A DNA stretch of 62,223 bases, filler included, from an uncultured bacterium (GTDB taxonomy: Bacteria > CAZSTA01): NCBI GenBank assembly GCA_964609495.1. It is 4 parts of 4 records of this genome, joined end to end, with 100 filler letters (N's around TTAATTAATTAA, not from the genome) between each part and the next. Parts side by side here need not be neighbours in the genome. Positions count along the whole stretch, not along the records: positions 16,028 to 31,660 come from CAZSTA010000075.1; positions 31,761 to 47,079 come from CAZSTA010000076.1; 2 more parts are not named here. One strand, 5' to 3'. The position numbers and the translations under genes are program-made. Positions within the stretch are counted from its first letter, which is position 1; the number at the start of each line of letters is the position of its first letter. Shown here piece by piece: positions 30,738 to 39,020 of the stretch. The notes under the pieces are model-generated. The model was not told the DNA's origin. It was given only the letters and a program-made list of their open reading frames with translations, and did not search any database.

Positions 30738-31415
30738 ATGGGAGTAGATAAGAGAGTGGTGTGGATATGGATTCTGATACTTATTGCTTCTCTTGCTTTA
30801 GCCTACGTTCTAAGATCAGTAGAGGTCTTTCGAAGAGGCGGGCTACTAATGTGGCCTATATTAGCCTGCTCGATAATAGCTTTGACTGTCTTCATAGGCA
30901 GAGCTTGGGATCTATGGAAGGCTAAAAGTAACACTCAGAAATTTATGGTCCAAATGGAGAGCATCTTAGAGAAGAAGCAGATAGACTATGCCATCTATAG
31001 CTGTGAAAAGACTCCTAGTCCAGTAGCCAGAGTTCTATGGGCGGGTCTTCAAAAGTATGGGCAGGATAAGGAAGAGATAAAAGAGGCAATCGAGGAAGCC
31101 AGCACCAGGGAGATTCCTCAGTTAGAGAGGGGATTAAGACTTATGGCAATCATAGCCTATATCTCTCCCCTCCTAGGATTATTAGGGACAGTTCTAGGGA
31201 TGATCGAATCCTTCGGAGTGGTTCAGGCAGGAGGCATTGGTCAACCGCGCCTCTTGGCGGGAGGTATTTCTCAGGCCTTGATAACTACTGCGTCAGGATT
31301 GATAGTTGCTATCCCCACTCTCGTAGCTCATTATTATTTAGAGACTCAGGTAGATAGTTTGATAAATGAGATGGAGGAGATCTCTACGGAGTTAATAGAC
31401 ACTATATCCACTTGA
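30738..31415 (+). CDS. MotA/TolQ/ExbB proton channel protein
   Basis: GGLLMWPI, SPLLGLLGTVLGMI, GISQALITTASGL. Confidence 0.93.
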   Translation: MGVDKRVVWIWILILIASLALAYVLRSVEVFRRGGLLMWPILACSIIALTVFIGRAWDLWKAKSNTQKFMVQMESILEKKQIDYAIYSCEKTPSPVARVLWAGLQKYGQDKEEIKEAIEEASTREIPQLERGLRLMAIIAYISPLLGLLGTVLGMIESFGVVQAGGIGQPRLLAGGISQALITTASGLIVAIPTLVAHYYLETQVDSLINEMEEISTELIDTIST

Positions 31416-31449
31416 TAAATAGTAAGATTGATAAGAAAGGAAACCTTTG

Positions 31450-31660
31450 CTAAGCATGTAGAATATCGTGCTAGCAGATTTGAATTTCCTTAAATCACCC
31501 CCCTATCCCCCATCAAAGGGGGAGAAGATAAAAAGGACATCAAAAGAGGGGGAGATAAGAAGGAGTCCGTCAAGGGAGGGAGAACTAAAGAGATCGAGCT
31601 TATTGCGATGTTCCCTCTCCCCTCGTGGGAGAGGGATAGGGTGAGGGGGAGAATCATATT
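31450..31660. mobile_element. MITE family A, copy 3 (diverged, internally expanded, cut by contig end)
   Basis: TAAGCATGTAGAATATCGTGCTAGC left end; follows a family B half-site (aaaggaaacctttg). Confidence 0.8.
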
Positions 31661-31760
31661 NNNNNNNNNNNNNNNNNNNNNNNNNNNNNNNNNNNNNNNN
31701 NNNNTTAATTAATTAANNNNNNNNNNNNNNNNNNNNNNNNNNNNNNNNNNNNNNNNNNNN
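31661..31760. other. Artificial contig linker
   Basis: N44-TTAATTAATTAA-N44. Confidence 0.97.
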
Positions 31761-31762
31761 AT

Positions 31763-32749
31763 AGAAAAGCTCGTTTCCTTAATCGTAAGCGTAAAGAAGG
31801 ATGGTTACCTCCATCGTTGCAGGCCAGAGTAGATCAGACTATCAATTTAGTTAAGAAGTTATTAAAGCTACTACCAATTAAGGAGATAAGCACAGAGCAT
31901 GCTAAATTCGATACTCAACTTATGGAGAATCCTGAGATCAAAGGGATAGAATATCAGCAGGGGGAGCTTTTTGGTTATGAAGTCAGGGAATACCTATTAG
32001 AAAAGTGGGGTAGAAGATGTGCTTATTGTGGAAGGGAAAATGTTCCTCTTGAGGTAGATCATATAATTTCCAAAAGCCGAGGGGGGACAGATAGAATAAG
32101 TAATCTAACAATAGCTTGTAAAGAGTGTAATAGGGAGAAAGGGGACAGGACAGCAGCAGAGTTTGGGTATCCTGAGATACAAAGTTTGGCTAAGAAGCCT
32201 CTTAGAGATGTTGCGATGATGAATGCTACCAGGTGGAGACTTTATGAGGAGCTTTGTTCGTTAGGGTATAGAGTGGAATGTTCGACTGGTGGGAGGACAA
32301 AGAAACAAAGGATAGAAAGGGGATTTCCTAAGACTCACTATTATGATGCTGTGTGTGTTGGTAATATACCAGATAAGATTGATATTAAAACCACTTTTCT
32401 CTGTATATGGAAGGAGATAGGGAGAGGGCATAGAAGAATTGCTAATATAGGTAGATATGGTTTCCCGAGATCTCATAGGGATAGAAGAAAGTTTCACTTC
32501 GGGTTTCAAACTGGGGATCAAGTTTTAGCGATTGTACCAAAAGGTAAATATGAGGGTATATGGAAAGGAAGAGTAGCTGTTAGAAAGAGTGGTTATTTTG
32601 ATCTAAAAGATACTGATGGAAAAAGAATTATTCAAGGTATATCTTGGAAATATATGAGATTAATTCAGAGGATTAATGGTTGGCAGATTCATTATCTTCA
32701 CATTCCTCCCACGACTAAAGATCGTGGGCTTCCTGTGGGGAGATCGTGA
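31763..32749 (+). CDS. iscB: RNA-guided endonuclease IscB (5' truncated)
   Basis: RKARFLNR..GWLPPSL, RuvC-II EHAKFD, YQQGEL, CAYC, HNH EVDHI..SRGGTDRISNL..ACKECN, RuvC-III THYYDA, GFQTGD. Confidence 0.93.
   Translation, partial: RKARFLNRKRKEGWLPPSLQARVDQTINLVKKLLKLLPIKEISTEHAKFDTQLMENPEIKGIEYQQGELFGYEVREYLLEKWGRRCAYCGRENVPLEVDHIISKSRGGTDRISNLTIACKECNREKGDRTAAEFGYPEIQSLAKKPLRDVAMMNATRWRLYEELCSLGYRVECSTGGRTKKQRIERGFPKTHYYDAVCVGNIPDKIDIKTTFLCIWKEIGRGHRRIANIGRYGFPRSHRDRRKFHFGFQTGDQVLAIVPKGKYEGIWKGRVAVRKSGYFDLKDTDGKRIIQGISWKYMRLIQRINGWQIHYLHIPPTTKDRGLPVGRS
32702..32735 (+). mobile_element. IS200/IS605-type right-end hairpin
   Basis: ATTCCT-CCCACGA-ctaaaga-TCGTGGG-CTTCC at the iscB 3' end. Confidence 0.75.
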
Positions 32750-32753
32750 TAAA

Positions 32754-33635
32754 ATGATAGGCGAAATAAGTGCTTTGATTAGTGCTCTTTGTTGGGCTTC
32801 CTCCAGCGTGATGTTGAAGTCGCAAACCAGTAGAGTTAATCCTATATCAATAAATATTCTGCGATGTATCTCGGCTTTAGGTTTTTTGATTCTCTTCCTA
32901 ACCATTTCAGGAAAACTACAATTAGTGAACGAGTTCTCGCTCTATTCGATCATAGGATTGACGTTCTCCGCTTCATTCGGTTTAGGATTGGGCGATACTC
33001 TTAATCTGAGAAGTATGGGGATGATTGGCGTATCGAGAGCTTTTCCCATAACGAGCATCTATCCCATTTTCACCATAATCATAGCTTTTCTCTTCTTAGA
33101 TGAAAATCTGACTTGGTCTATACTTCTCGGCTCTCTCTTAATTTTAGGAGGGGTATATTTGATAGCCAGCCCTTCAAGGAGAAAGCTCTCGATAGATGAG
33201 ATTGAGCCAGCAACATTAAAGAGGGGAATATTAATGGCTTTAGGGGCAGCTCTCTTCTGGTCCTTATCTGTGACAATATTAAAGATATTTATGGAGAATC
33301 TCGATCCACTTGTAACTAATATCGTCAGACTTCCCGCAATTATTCTGCTTCTCTGGATTTTTTATCCCCAACGAAGTGAGGTATTTCGGATAAGGCGATA
33401 TAACCGAAATTCTCTCCTTATTATCGCGGTAGGAGGGATAATAGGTATGGGGATCGGTGGGATATTATTTCTGATTGGGATTAAGAACGCAGGCGCGGCT
33501 AAAACCACAGTTTTGACTTCCCTTTCCCCATTTTTTGCAGTTATCTTCTCCTTGCTTTTCCTTAAGGAGAAGGTAACCCTAAGGATAATTGTCGGCTCTA
33601 TACTATCGATAATAGGAGTGTGGTTTGTGGTGTGA
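32754..33635 (+). CDS. DMT/EamA family transporter
   Basis: Two EamA repeats (~10 TM); FLDENL and FLKEKV repeat ends. Start moved to ATG 32754. Confidence 0.9.
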   Translation: MIGEISALISALCWASSSVMLKSQTSRVNPISINILRCISALGFLILFLTISGKLQLVNEFSLYSIIGLTFSASFGLGLGDTLNLRSMGMIGVSRAFPITSIYPIFTIIIAFLFLDENLTWSILLGSLLILGGVYLIASPSRRKLSIDEIEPATLKRGILMALGAALFWSLSVTILKIFMENLDPLVTNIVRLPAIILLLWIFYPQRSEVFRIRRYNRNSLLIIAVGGIIGMGIGGILFLIGIKNAGAAKTTVLTSLSPFFAVIFSLLFLKEKVTLRIIVGSILSIIGVWFVV

Positions 33636-33655
33636 TCTACACAGGAAGGTGATTT

Positions 33656-33840
33656 CGTAAGCATGTAGAATATTGTGCTAGCGGTTTGAACTCCCTTAAA
33701 TCACCCTCCCCTAACCCCTCCCGTCAAGGGAGGGGTAAATAAAGAGAGCAATCTTATCTGGATGTTCCCTCTCCCCTCGTGGGAGAGGGATAGGGTGAGG
33801 GGGAGAATCACATTCCCCAGGACAAAGTTTACATGCTTGG
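33656..33840. mobile_element. MITE family A, copy 2 (185 bp)
   Basis: Near-identical to 23973-24158; different flanking direct repeat GGTGATTT (33648-33655 / 33841-33848). Confidence 0.9.
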
Positions 33841-33857
33841 GGTGATTTCTCATTCGC

Positions 33858-33885
33858 TTGACAAAAGATCACAATATGATAAAAT
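33858..33885 (+). promoter_or_regulatory. Sigma70 promoter of five-gene operon
   Basis: TTGACA-N16-TAAAAT with TG extension. Confidence 0.6.
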
Positions 33886-33907
33886 TATGTTATATTAGGA
33901 GAAGGGA

Positions 33908-34786
33908 ATGAACCAACCCCCATTGACTTACGAGCAGTTGACAGAAAGATTCGTTGCATGGGCTGAAGATCGTGCTGATATTCGAGCAGCAATCGTTGTA
34001 GGATCTCGGGCTCGGGTTGATCACCCTGTAGATGAATGGTCAGACCTGGATATGTTGATTTTCGCCACCAATCCAGAATACTATCTATTAAGAACTGATT
34101 GGCTGGAAAACATTGGTAATATTTGGATCACCATAATTGGTAGAACTGAGGGAGGTGATCCAGAGCGTCTCGTCTTGTTCGAGGGTGGATTCCAAGTTGA
34201 TTTCGTTATTCTCTCAAACGATATTTTGCCTCGACTTGTGCATGCTGAATCAGTTCCAGATGTCATCAGACGAGGGACGCGCGTTCTTCTCGATAAGGAT
34301 GGACTGGTCGCTCAAATGATTCCATCATCTCTTGAGCCTCCATCCCTTCATCCGCCGACTCAAGACGAATTCATACAGGTTATTAACAGCTTTTGGTTTA
34401 TCGCCGTGTGTACGGCGAAGCAATTACGGCGTGGTGAGCTATGGATGATCAAATTATTACACGATGCCAAGATGAAGGGTTTGTTGCTTCGGATGATGGA
34501 ATGGCACGCTCGCGCTATAAACGGATGGAATTATGATACGTGGCATATGGGACGTTTTCTTAGAGAATGGGCAGATCCTCGCGCCCTGGAAGATCTACGC
34601 GGCACATTTGCCCACTTTGACGAGGATGACAGTTGGAGTGCACTCTTGGCGACAATGGATTTATTTCGTTGGTTGGCTATCGAAACATCGGAGAAGTTGA
34701 GCTATCAATACCCAGCTCTTTCTGATGAGCGGGCAACTGGATTAGTAAGGAAATTTTTTTCGAGTAGGAACTTAAATTCACTCTAA
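33908..34786 (+). CDS. Aminoglycoside 6-adenylyltransferase-like nucleotidyltransferase
   Basis: GSRAR..DEWSDLD NTase motif, LVLFEGG.QVDF, AKQLRRGELW, WHMGRFLREW. Confidence 0.8.
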   Translation: MNQPPLTYEQLTERFVAWAEDRADIRAAIVVGSRARVDHPVDEWSDLDMLIFATNPEYYLLRTDWLENIGNIWITIIGRTEGGDPERLVLFEGGFQVDFVILSNDILPRLVHAESVPDVIRRGTRVLLDKDGLVAQMIPSSLEPPSLHPPTQDEFIQVINSFWFIAVCTAKQLRRGELWMIKLLHDAKMKGLLLRMMEWHARAINGWNYDTWHMGRFLREWADPRALEDLRGTFAHFDEDDSWSALLATMDLFRWLAIETSEKLSYQYPALSDERATGLVRKFFSSRNLNSL

Positions 34787-34798
34787 GAGGTATCACAG

Positions 34799-36064
34799 AT
34801 GGATGAAAAACTAGCGATAAAGGGAGGAACTCCAGCGGTGCAGAGACCTTTCCCTCCGATGTTTCCCGGAGGGATGGAGATCGGCGCCGAGGAGGAGAGA
34901 GCGGTGATCGAGGTTCTTAGATCTAAGCGCCTTTTTCGTTACTATGGACCTTTAGAAACACCCTCTAAGGTAGCGGAATTTGAGGAGAAGTTCGCTGAAC
35001 GCGTGGGCGTTAAGTATGCTTTGGGAGTGACTTCAGGAACAGCCGCCCTCATCGCGGGTCTCGTCGGAATCGGAATTGGCCCTGGAGATGAGGTGATAGT
35101 TCCCGCCTATACCTTCATCGCCTCCGCAACTGCTATTCTCGCGGTCAATGCTATTCCGGTGATCGTAGAGGTGGATGACTCTTTGACCCTCGATCCCGAA
35201 GCCTTCGAGGCGGCTATCACTCCGCAGACTAAAGCGGTTATGCCAGTTCATATGCGAGGTATTCCTGCCCAGATGGACAAAATTATGGATATCGCTCGCA
35301 AGCATAACCTCAAGGTAATTGAAGATGTTGCCCAGTCCGATGGGGGAAGCTTCCGGGGGAGGAGGTTAGGCTCTATAGGAGATGTGGGAGGATTCAGCCT
35401 CCAATACCATAAGATCATCACTACTGGTGAAGGGGGAATAGTCACCACCGATGATGAGGAGGTTATGAACAGAGCCAGGCAATATCATGATGATGCTTGT
35501 GCTTTTAGGGAAACTGGAGAGATGAGCTTAATTCCCATTCCCGGGGTAAATTATCGGATGAACGAGATATCAGGAGCGCTAGGTCTAGTTCAGTTGAAGA
35601 AGCTCGATGGTCTATTGGCAAAGATGTGGAGCTATAAGGCTAAGATCAAAGAGGCGACAAGGGAGTTCTTGGGTATCCAGTTCAGAAGAATCCCTGATGA
35701 AGATGGAGATACTGGAATCTGTTTGATGTTCTTCCTTCCTACGGTTGAGAAGGCTAAGGAGATCGCTACCGCACTTAGAGCGGAGGGAGTAATCGCTGGA
35801 ACTTGGTATAGCAAGGATGTTCCCGACTGGCATGTATATGCTCACTGGAAACATATCCTCCAGAAGAAAGCCACTAACAGAGTTGGCTGCCCTTATACCT
35901 GTCCTTATTACAAGGGTTCGGTGGAATATTCAGAGGACATGTGTCCAAAGACGCTCGACTATCTCGGCAGAGTAATTCATATGAATATCAGTCCTATGCT
36001 CACTAAGGAGGATGTAGAACAGATTATATATGGTATGAGGAAAGTTTTTAAAGCTTTATTATAG
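34799..36064 (+). CDS. DegT/DnrJ/EryC1/StrS PLP sugar aminotransferase
   Basis: TSGTAAL, GDEVIVPAYTF, IEDVAQ, FSLQYHKIITTGEGG (PLP Lys), NYRMNE. Confidence 0.92.
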   Translation: MDEKLAIKGGTPAVQRPFPPMFPGGMEIGAEEERAVIEVLRSKRLFRYYGPLETPSKVAEFEEKFAERVGVKYALGVTSGTAALIAGLVGIGIGPGDEVIVPAYTFIASATAILAVNAIPVIVEVDDSLTLDPEAFEAAITPQTKAVMPVHMRGIPAQMDKIMDIARKHNLKVIEDVAQSDGGSFRGRRLGSIGDVGGFSLQYHKIITTGEGGIVTTDDEEVMNRARQYHDDACAFRETGEMSLIPIPGVNYRMNEISGALGLVQLKKLDGLLAKMWSYKAKIKEATREFLGIQFRRIPDEDGDTGICLMFFLPTVEKAKEIATALRAEGVIAGTWYSKDVPDWHVYAHWKHILQKKATNRVGCPYTCPYYKGSVEYSEDMCPKTLDYLGRVIHMNISPMLTKEDVEQIIYGMRKVFKALL

Positions 36065-36077
36065 CGAGGAGGTTTGA

Positions 36078-36911
36078 ATGGTGGATGATAAGAGGATACC
36101 AACGCTTCTGATCGGTTATGACGTAGAGAGTCCAGAACCAGATATAACCCGTGCTTTTTTGAAGAAGCTTCTTGAAGTCCATACTAAATATGATGTTCCT
36201 TGGACGATGTTTGTAGTAGGAAGAACTTTGGAGGGATCTGTTGATGCTTTTAAGGAGGTAGCCGAATCTCCCCTAGCCGATATCCAACAACATACTTATT
36301 CTCATATGCTATTGAAGACAGTGGTGATAGAGAATGAGGACGGGGTCAACATCTTTCGTAGTGGAACTTTGGAACAGATCGAGGAGGAGGTTAGGAAGAC
36401 TAACGAACTTTTGAAGCTTCACTTGAATATCGATTGTATAGGACTCACCGGTCCTTATTGCTATTACCGGGGATTGGCAGATCGACTCGATATATTGGAG
36501 ATCCTTCACCAAAATGGGATTCGTTTCACTCGCACTTATGGGCGAAATGAACACGATTGGCAACCGGTATCGTTCGATATCCAGCCCTTCTACTATGAAC
36601 CTCAAGGATTTCCCGATATATTGGAATTTCCGATCCAGGGCTGGCAAGATGTGAGCTGGCGAGAGAAATATGGCTGGGATAAGATAGACGAATACATAGC
36701 TTCTCTCAAAGATAATATCGATTATGTGGTTGAGAAAAAATTGACTTATTCCTACGCTACCCATGACTGGAGTAGCATAAGGAATAATCCCGATATGGAT
36801 ATCATCAGAGCGCTGATCGAGTATGCCCAAGAGAGAGGAGTAAGAATAACGAGTTATAAGGAGTATTATGAGGAGATGGAGAGTAGGAGAAATAGCTTGA
36901 TGGATATCTGA
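36078..36911 (+). CDS. Polysaccharide deacetylase (CE4/NodB-like)
   Basis: GYDVES, TMFVVG, QHTYSH, HDW. Confidence 0.8.
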   Translation: MVDDKRIPTLLIGYDVESPEPDITRAFLKKLLEVHTKYDVPWTMFVVGRTLEGSVDAFKEVAESPLADIQQHTYSHMLLKTVVIENEDGVNIFRSGTLEQIEEEVRKTNELLKLHLNIDCIGLTGPYCYYRGLADRLDILEILHQNGIRFTRTYGRNEHDWQPVSFDIQPFYYEPQGFPDILEFPIQGWQDVSWREKYGWDKIDEYIASLKDNIDYVVEKKLTYSYATHDWSSIRNNPDMDIIRALIEYAQERGVRITSYKEYYEEMESRRNSLMDI

Positions 36912-36926
36912 GAAAGGAGGATCGTT

Positions 36927-37838
36927 ATGATTGATAATTTTGGAGAAACCGAGGATGTTAAAATAATCACCTTAATCGATAATTACACTAATCTCATCTT
37001 AGAATCGAAAGGTGAGGTAAAGCGATTAGAGGAAGATTTCGATCCTCCTCTAGCAGAGCATGGGCTATCGATCTATATACAACTGAAATCGGAATCTCAG
37101 ACTGTATTACTTGATACCGGGGTTACCAAGGTATCCCTACTGTATAATATGAAGGCTTTCAAACTGGATCCTAGGGATATAGACAAATTGGTGATCAGTC
37201 ATGGACATTTCGATCACACCGCCTCCGTAGTTGAGGTTATAAGAGCCTCGGGTAAGAGGATGCCAGTGGTAGTTCATCCCCACGTCTTCTTGGAGAGATG
37301 GTTTATCTCCTCCGATGGCAGGAAAGCAGGGCCCCAAATTGTCGAAAGAGAAGAATGGGAGGAGGTTGGAGCGGAGATCGTAGAGATCGAAAAACCGTAT
37401 CAACTAACCTCGGGATGTTGGGCAACTGGTCCCGTTCCCAGGACGAATGACTTTGAATTAGGTATTCCCACGGCATACTATCGAGATAATGGCGAGTTCA
37501 AGCACGATCCGATAACTGACGATCAATCCATAGTGGTGAATATCAAAGGTAAGGGATTAGTGATAATTTCAGGTTGTGCGCATGCTGGAATTATCAATAC
37601 CGTAAATTACGCTCGCGAGATTAGTGGAGTTGAAAAAGTGCATACTGTTATCGGCGGTTTTCACCTAACAGGAGCATCTGAAGAGAAAATAGAAAGAACA
37701 ATCAAGGAGATGAAAGCCTTCAAGCCTAAACTCGTTATTCCCATGCATTGCACTGGCTTCTCTGCCACAAGGGAATTTGCTGAGGAGATGCCCTCTCAAT
37801 TCGTCTTGAACGCAGTGGGGACTTCCATCCACTTTTAA
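36927..37838 (+). CDS. MBL-fold metallo-hydrolase
   Basis: AEHGLS, LLDTG, SHGHFDH, SGCAHAG, GGFHL, PMHCTG. Confidence 0.9.
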   Translation: MIDNFGETEDVKIITLIDNYTNLILESKGEVKRLEEDFDPPLAEHGLSIYIQLKSESQTVLLDTGVTKVSLLYNMKAFKLDPRDIDKLVISHGHFDHTASVVEVIRASGKRMPVVVHPHVFLERWFISSDGRKAGPQIVEREEWEEVGAEIVEIEKPYQLTSGCWATGPVPRTNDFELGIPTAYYRDNGEFKHDPITDDQSIVVNIKGKGLVIISGCAHAGIINTVNYAREISGVEKVHTVIGGFHLTGASEEKIERTIKEMKAFKPKLVIPMHCTGFSATREFAEEMPSQFVLNAVGTSIHF

Positions 37839-37859
37839 AGAAAGATTAGAGGTGTTAAT

Positions 37860-38861
37860 ATGAACTCAAGAGATAGATTTTTAAATTCTTTAAAACGAGA
37901 GAAAGTTGATAGAATCTCCGTGGGAAATGCGGTATCGATCGCTACTTTGGATATGATGGATGCTACGGGTTATTACTTTCCCGAGGTCCACTTAGACGCG
38001 GAGAAGATGGTAGGTCTGGCTAGAGCTGGATATGAGCTTCTAGGCTATGACACGATAGCTCCGATCTTCAGTGTTCAACAAGAGGCTGAAGCGCTGGGAT
38101 GCAAAGTAGATTGGGGAACTATAGATATGATGCCCGATGTTAAGGGACATCTTTGCAAAGAACCAGAGGACATAGTTATTCCCAAGGATTTCCTAGATAA
38201 ACGCTCCACCAGAGTTGTCCTAGACGCTTTGAGATTATTGAAGAATATATTTGATGATGAGGTAGCAATCGTGGGAAAGGTCTTTGGTCCTTGGACATTA
38301 GGATATCATCTCTTCGGAGTGGAGGAGTTCTTGATATCAACCATCTTAGCAGAAGATAAGGTGCGAAAGATATTGAGCATACTGAAGGAGGTTACAGTGA
38401 TCTTCGCCAAAGCTCAGATCGAAGCCGGAGCCGATGTCCTCACCTTAGCCGATCATGCTACTGGAGATCTATGTAGTCCTATGGCCTATAGAGATTTCTT
38501 AATGGACGTCCATAAGGAGTTGAAGGAAAGGATCTCGGTCCCTATAATCCTTCATATCTGCGGAGATACAGCCGATCGCATGGGATATATTGCCCAGACC
38601 GGTATTGACTGCTTTCATTTCGAGTCTAAAGTCGATCCTTTCGTCGCTAAGGAGATAGTTGATGATAGGATCATACTGATGGGAAACATTAATAATCCGG
38701 AGACGTTGCTGTTTGGAACTGTCGAGGATGTCAAAGAGGAGACTAGAAGGGTTATGAGCGCGGGGATAGAGATATTAGCCCCTGAATGTGCAGTGCCTCT
38801 TCAGACTCCTATGAGGAATCTTAAAGCTATAGTAGATGCAGTTGAAGATTCTCAATTCTAA
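37860..38861 (+). CDS. MtaA/CmuA-family (URO-D fold) methylcobamide:thiol methyltransferase-like
   Basis: FPEVH, EAEALG, GPWT, Zn ligands LHICG and APEC, MGNIN. Confidence 0.85.
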   Translation: MNSRDRFLNSLKREKVDRISVGNAVSIATLDMMDATGYYFPEVHLDAEKMVGLARAGYELLGYDTIAPIFSVQQEAEALGCKVDWGTIDMMPDVKGHLCKEPEDIVIPKDFLDKRSTRVVLDALRLLKNIFDDEVAIVGKVFGPWTLGYHLFGVEEFLISTILAEDKVRKILSILKEVTVIFAKAQIEAGADVLTLADHATGDLCSPMAYRDFLMDVHKELKERISVPIILHICGDTADRMGYIAQTGIDCFHFESKVDPFVAKEIVDDRIILMGNINNPETLLFGTVEDVKEETRRVMSAGIEILAPECAVPLQTPMRNLKAIVDAVEDSQF

Positions 38862-38939
38862 TTCCTCATTTTTAATGCGCTACTCGGGATTATATCAACC
38901 GATATTTGAATAAGCTATGAATTTAATAACAAATCTCTC

Positions 38940-38968
38940 TTGCATTTTAACTAATTATATGATATAAT
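38940..38968 (+). promoter_or_regulatory. Sigma70 promoter of BMC operon
   Basis: TTGCAT-N17-TATAAT with TG extension. Confidence 0.7.
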
Positions 38969-39020
38969 CTCTTTTGACTGATACACCCGAAGAGATTGTA
39001 ATAAGAAAGGCGGCGAGGAT

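Noticed and set aside
31416-31760. Hairpin-rich region upstream of iscB as its omegaRNA
   Set aside because: It lies on another contig across an artificial linker and is a MITE copy.
36309-36830. Antisense and nested ORFs such as 36309-36830 and 42785-43300
   Set aside because: Shadow frames of well-supported genes with no recognisable motifs.
37860-38861. Pyrrolysine or selenocysteine recoding near the MtaA-like gene
   Set aside because: No in-frame stop interrupts these genes, and no corrinoid protein or MttB gene is adjacent.
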